DNA of 64,000 nt, taken from the NCBI GenBank assembly GCA_950097015.1, contig CATNEN010000038.1, positions 9,920,001-9,984,000 of the forward strand, written 5' to 3'. The position numbers and the translations under genes were made by a program. Each line of letters starts with the position of its first letter. Positions within the stretch are counted from its first letter, which is position 1. The notes under the pieces were generated by a model. That model was given only the letters and a program-made list of their open reading frames with translations, did no database searches and was not told the origin of the DNA. Below are positions 60,011 to 64,000 of this stretch, one piece after another. Origin of the DNA: Macrostomum hystrix. Its lineage: Eukaryota; Animalia; Platyhelminthes.

Positions 60011-60382
60011 AGCGTTCAGTCGTATTATATTTGAGTCGAAATCCCAGTGAATTTGAGCCACGCTGGCTCCAATAGTAGATCGTTATTGAATTACCGGATG
60101 ACACGAACAGTGACGAAGACAGATTTCTGCTAAACTGGCCCAATGTACCTGACGAGGCCAAGATGGGTGACTCGATTTCTCCGTCGAAGAGAACCAGCGC
60201 TGCTTGCCGGTCCGCGGACGTCACACCTGCGTAGATGAACCGGACGAACACCCTGTGGCCAGGGGGTGCCACAATCTGCCAGCTGCACTGCGCCACTCCT
60301 GGGTAGGCCGCTTGGCCGGCCTCTGAGTGACTGAAGATCTCACCTGAAGCCTCATTAACCTGCGGACTAGCTCCGTTGCAGT
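60011..60382 (-). CDS. multi-CUB protein, CUB exon
   Basis: 372 bp phase 1-1; C..SGEIFSH..YPGVAQCSWQIVAPPGHRV..SSGNSITI..GFRLKY. Confidence 0.88.
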
Positions 60383-60499
60383 CTGCGGGAAGTCATTTGG
60401 TCCATTTGGTTTGACTATTGTTTCTGCGTCACAATTTTTTTCTTGGCATTCTTTGACGTTCCAATAAAAATTGCGCACGAAAAAACTAGCTGTTGTTAC

Positions 60500-60817
60500 T
60501 CAACAATATCAACAACTTGCAGGGCTGTGGGCACAGGTACATCATCTGGTGACAGTAGACCCACAGCCACCGAGGAGGCAGTTCTTCCTATTTCGCTGAC
60601 TCCTGAGCACACACGTACACAGATACTGTACGCAGGTACACACTCACACTGGTGTGTACATCTGCCCTGACCTTCTCACTTTTAGGCAGTGTACACTTTC
60701 ACTTTGTCTTTGATGTTGGCCCTTAAGGTTGGCCCTGAGTGGCCTCAGGGCCAGGGACCGAGCTCAGGGACCTTGGTGCCAGAGGCGAACGCGTTTGGGC
60801 CGCTCTGCTACTCACCC
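60500..60817 (-). mobile_element. SINE family C in CUB intron
   Basis: Matches 39.3 kb copy with internal deletion. Confidence 0.8.
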
Positions 60818-60858
60818 TCGTTGGTCTACAAAGTAGGCTCCGAGTTTTTTTGACTCAC

Positions 60859-61221
60859 AGTTCCTTGCGACTCGATATCGCAGTCGAAACCCAAGCGATG
60901 AGCTTCGGCTGTCAGCCGTGCTGCGGCCGGTGCGAAAGCGCACTAGCAGACTGTTGGCTGAGGACACAATGTCCGATGCTATGCGGCTATTGCTGCCGTT
61001 TGCTTCTGCAATCATGTTGGCGCCCATTCCATCATAAATGCGTACAGTATCGAAGTCAGATCCCAAAATTAGGTCGACAAACTCGACTTCTATTCTAGTG
61101 TTCTGTGGGGTTACAATCTGCCAGTCGCAGTTCATGTTGTTGAGGCAGCTGGTTCTGTTGACTCCGGTGTGACTCGTCAGCTCTCCTTTCTCTTCCGTCA
61201 CCAACTTGAAGCTGTCACAGA
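60859..61221 (-). CDS. multi-CUB protein, CUB exon
   Basis: 363 bp phase 1-1; CD..GELTSH..NMNCDWQI..DTVRIYDG..SSANSLLVRF..GFRLRY. Confidence 0.88.
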
Positions 61222-61285
61222 CTAAAAAAGGCAATGAAATTACTTTGCAATTTTTAAAATACGACTAAGGCCCAACCTGACTCAC

Positions 61286-61639
61286 AGCTTTCATTCCATG
61301 TGTAATACAGTTTAAAGCCAAGACCCTTCGAACTGAAGTCTGAACCTGTTCTGAAGCTGAGTCGCATTAAGTTTGAGTTGGTTCTCAGGAAACTCGCAGT
61401 CTGTAGACTAGCAGAACCTCCACGCAGCTGAGCCATCTGATCGAGCCAGCCGTCATGAATAATCAGAGTGTCATTTATGGAGGCCAGTCGGACGGAGTCA
61501 GAGCTGAACCAGGCTGCAATCTGTCTACCTGGCGGGGCCAAGATGTGCCAGCTTCGGTCCATGCCGGAGTCGTATTTGGCGACTGAATAGCCAAAGTGGC
61601 TTAGCAGGTGACCACTCTCTTCTTTTTGCAGCTCGACTT
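61286..61639 (-). CDS. multi-CUB protein, CUB exon lacking the first Cys pair
   Basis: 354 bp phase 1-1; SGHLLSH..YDSGMDRSWHILAPPG..DTLIIHDG..GFKLYY. Confidence 0.8.
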
Positions 61640-61729
61640 CTGTTTCGAGTGTGAAATCGATCATGCACTTTGAGTTAAAAATGGTACTAACATAATAGCA
61701 CTCAATTGAGATAGTTTGACTCATTATGT

Positions 61730-62033
61730 AATGAGAAATGCGTTTGCCTTTCGCAACAAGGTCCCTGAGCTCGGTCGAGGCTGATTTCATTTCGGGTGCA
61801 GCCGCGAAGAGAAGGCTTGGCGGCTTTTTGTGCGATTTACGCCCTCGAGGGCCAACCTCCAAGGCACAGTGAGATTGAACACTGCCTGACGATGAGAAAG
61901 TCAAGGCAGATGTACACCTATCTGTGTTCCTGTGTGCTCACGAGTCAGCGAAATGGGCAGAATTGCCTCATCGCTGGCTGCGAGTCTAGTGTCTCCATTT
62001 GTCCGCAACGTTCCTGCTGTTATTATTATTATC
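61730..62033 (+). mobile_element. SINE family C in CUB intron
   Basis: Family C body and TATTATTAT tail. Confidence 0.8.
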
Positions 62034-62045
62034 AACAGCACTCAC

Positions 62046-62402
62046 CAGGCGTATACTCGAATGCGATTCTAAACCCTGTAGACTCTCCGAGACGATCGGA
62101 CTCAAAGGTGATTCGCGCACTCGACTTCACTGCCCAATAAACTCCTCCGAACATGCCGCCTCCCCAGCCGCAGACAGCAGGGCGAGCCTCATCGGCCAGC
62201 TTCACACAGTCCCCGTCAGCAAGTGAGGCGTTGACTAGAAGCAGCTGGACGAAGTGTCCTGCAATTTCAGGGAGTCTCCACTGGCACGACATGCCTGGAG
62301 AATAGGGCGTTGCATCGTAGGTCGCATGGCTGGTGATGAATCCAGTCCTTCGAGTTGGCCGCAAATTCTTCAACACCATCGGACCGCAGGAGCTATTATT
62401 AG
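62046..62402 (-). CDS. multi-CUB protein, CUB exon
   Basis: 357 bp phase 1-1; CG..GFITSH..YSPGMSCQW..VCG..ITFESD..GFRIAF. Confidence 0.88.
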
Positions 62403-62495
62403 CTGCAGCAATGAGGGAGATATAGGTGCACACTTGACAGGACTTCTTATCTCTTGTCAGAAATGCTAGACTAAATGAGTCACAAACAAACTTAC

Positions 62496-62855
62496 GGTTT
62501 TCAGTGACGTCGTAACGCATTCGAAACCCATTGTTAGACAATAATAAATCAGATTTAAAGTACACAGTCATCATATTCGACGTGGAGATGTACTTAGGAG
62601 AGACGTAGCCATCGGAAGCCCGCAAGCTAACTGTGTCAATACGGCGAGAGTTTCTCCCGCCGTCAAACAGGGTGACGAAGCTTTGGCCCTGATCCAGGTC
62701 GACATAAATGAACCATGCCACGACTCGCTTGCCGATCGGTGCGCTGAGCTCCCAGGTGCAGCGCGCTTTCCACGGGTGAAGCGATTTATCTGCGCGCGAG
62801 TGACTCTCGATTTCTCCGCCGCCGACTACTGTTATCGTTCTAAATTCTTGGCAGA
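62496..62855 (-). CDS. multi-CUB protein, CUB exon
   Basis: 360 bp phase 1-1; CQ..GEIESH..CTWELSAPIGKRV..LFDG..STSNMMTVYFKSD..GFRMRY. Confidence 0.88.
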
Positions 62856-63726
62856 CTGAAAATTACAAAAGCTGTCTTAGTTGATCCTAATCAAAGCAAT
62901 AGTTAGGGGGCTCAGGGAACTGGAGCGAATGCTGAATTTTTAACTGCTTTTGAAGTGGGTCGCTAGTTTATTAACTTATCTTAATTCGTCACTTTGCAGC
63001 AACGTTTATTAACTTATCCTTTCTCACAATTCTCACAAAGGAGTGCCTTGTGTATGCCTGAGCATGCGATTATTGCCTTCCTTTCTGGGGTGCCTGCCTC
63101 ACGATCTTTAAAGTTTGCACTTATGAGTCTTGTTCTTTTTTTAGCTTCAAGTCTGCCTGTCCTAGGATTCTCCCTTCTACGCATGTGCATGTAGGTATTT
63201 AGTGACGTCAGAGCTATTTTTAGCAACATACCTTATGTCATTGGTCTGTGCTTTGCTTATCTGACTCAGTTTCTATAAATAGAAACTCACGTGATGCTAT
63301 TCTAACCCTCCTTTGTGTGCTATATAAGCAGTACCCTGTCGAAACCAAGACCGACCATAATCTATCTATTGAGACAGCTTCAATGTATTTCCTACTCATT
63401 CTGCTATGTGAATAGCTTATTGTGTGCCTCTGAGCCCGCTAATTAAAGACTTTGGTAACTTCGTTAATTATAAAATTACTTATCGCTACAACCACTAATT
63501 TCCGGTTGGGGGCAACGAGAGCCTGCGAGAGCTCTGGTTTCGACTCTGACTACTTTATCTTCGAGTGTGAAGCTTCTTTCTGACCGCAGTGCGAGGAACT
63601 TCTAGACACTGGTGACATCTCTCACAGATCTTACTGCTGATTAGTACCAACCCAGGCTTCAGATTGGAGTCGTTTGCCTTTAAGTTTGCTAATATTGTAT
63701 TTTGAATGGGCAAGCAATTCACTTAC

Positions 63727-64000
63727 CATGAGAATAGGTCTTGTATCGGATTCTGAAGCTAGACGTGTAGCTTCGAGCTCTAGTGCTAAAGCTAATAGTA
63801 ACGCTGCTCGCATTCGTGTGTAAGGCCTGTTGCAAATAATCGGTCGCATTTGTAGCTGAAGTAATTGTGAGCACGTTTCCGAGAGCATTGTCTAGCAGAA
63901 TGATTCTATCGCTTGGTGACGACAAACTCAGCTTTAGAAACTGAACGGTGATGTGGCTACCCGGAGCTTGCTCGATGATCCAATGGCAAGTGATGCTGCT
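63727..64000 (-). CDS. multi-CUB protein, CUB exon (runs off window)
   Basis: ITCHWIIEQAPGSHITVQF..NASSVTISFST..FRIRY; donor CATG|GTAAGT at 63727/63726. Confidence 0.8.

Noticed and set aside
63020-63530. LTR-like segment in CUB intron (TATA, ATTAAA, TACA end, TGGGGGC)
   Set aside because: No second LTR, no TSD and no convincing primer-binding site

Overview
Eukaryotic (animal) genomic DNA with spliced genes in a background of SINEs, MITEs and very large minisatellites. The AMRLMRL/Iamide precursors, short introns and minisatellite load suggest a free-living flatworm such as Macrostomum (inference). Genes: a RING/SIAH-type zinc-finger gene with two unusual Cys-rich repeats (2.3-5.0 kb); a tandem pair of paralogous myomodulin-like/RYamide neuropeptide precursors (9.9-10.4 kb and 12.7-13.1 kb, the second absent from the ORF track); a 3-exon peptide GPCR with a 12.5-kb first intron (20.3-34.7 kb); a small single-TM ORF (38 kb); an adenosine A2-like receptor (42.9-43.9 kb); GATAD1 (51.1-51.9 kb); an orphan GPCR lacking DRY (53.4-54.7 kb); and the 3' part of a membrane-anchored multi-CUB gene (57.1-64 kb, minus strand). 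Mobile DNA: a decayed Crypton-type tyrosine recombinase, a P-like transposase relic, two tiny P-type MITEs (one has captured the flank of the other), hAT- and MULE-type MITEs, and three nested tRNA-SINE families. The most unusual pattern is the link between mobile elements and tandem repeats. Minisatellite arrays sit cleanly inside SINEs and TIR elements at points of sequence similarity, and all three young SINE-B insertions reiterate their target site at the 5' junction. No CRISPR, rRNA or true tRNA gene is supported.
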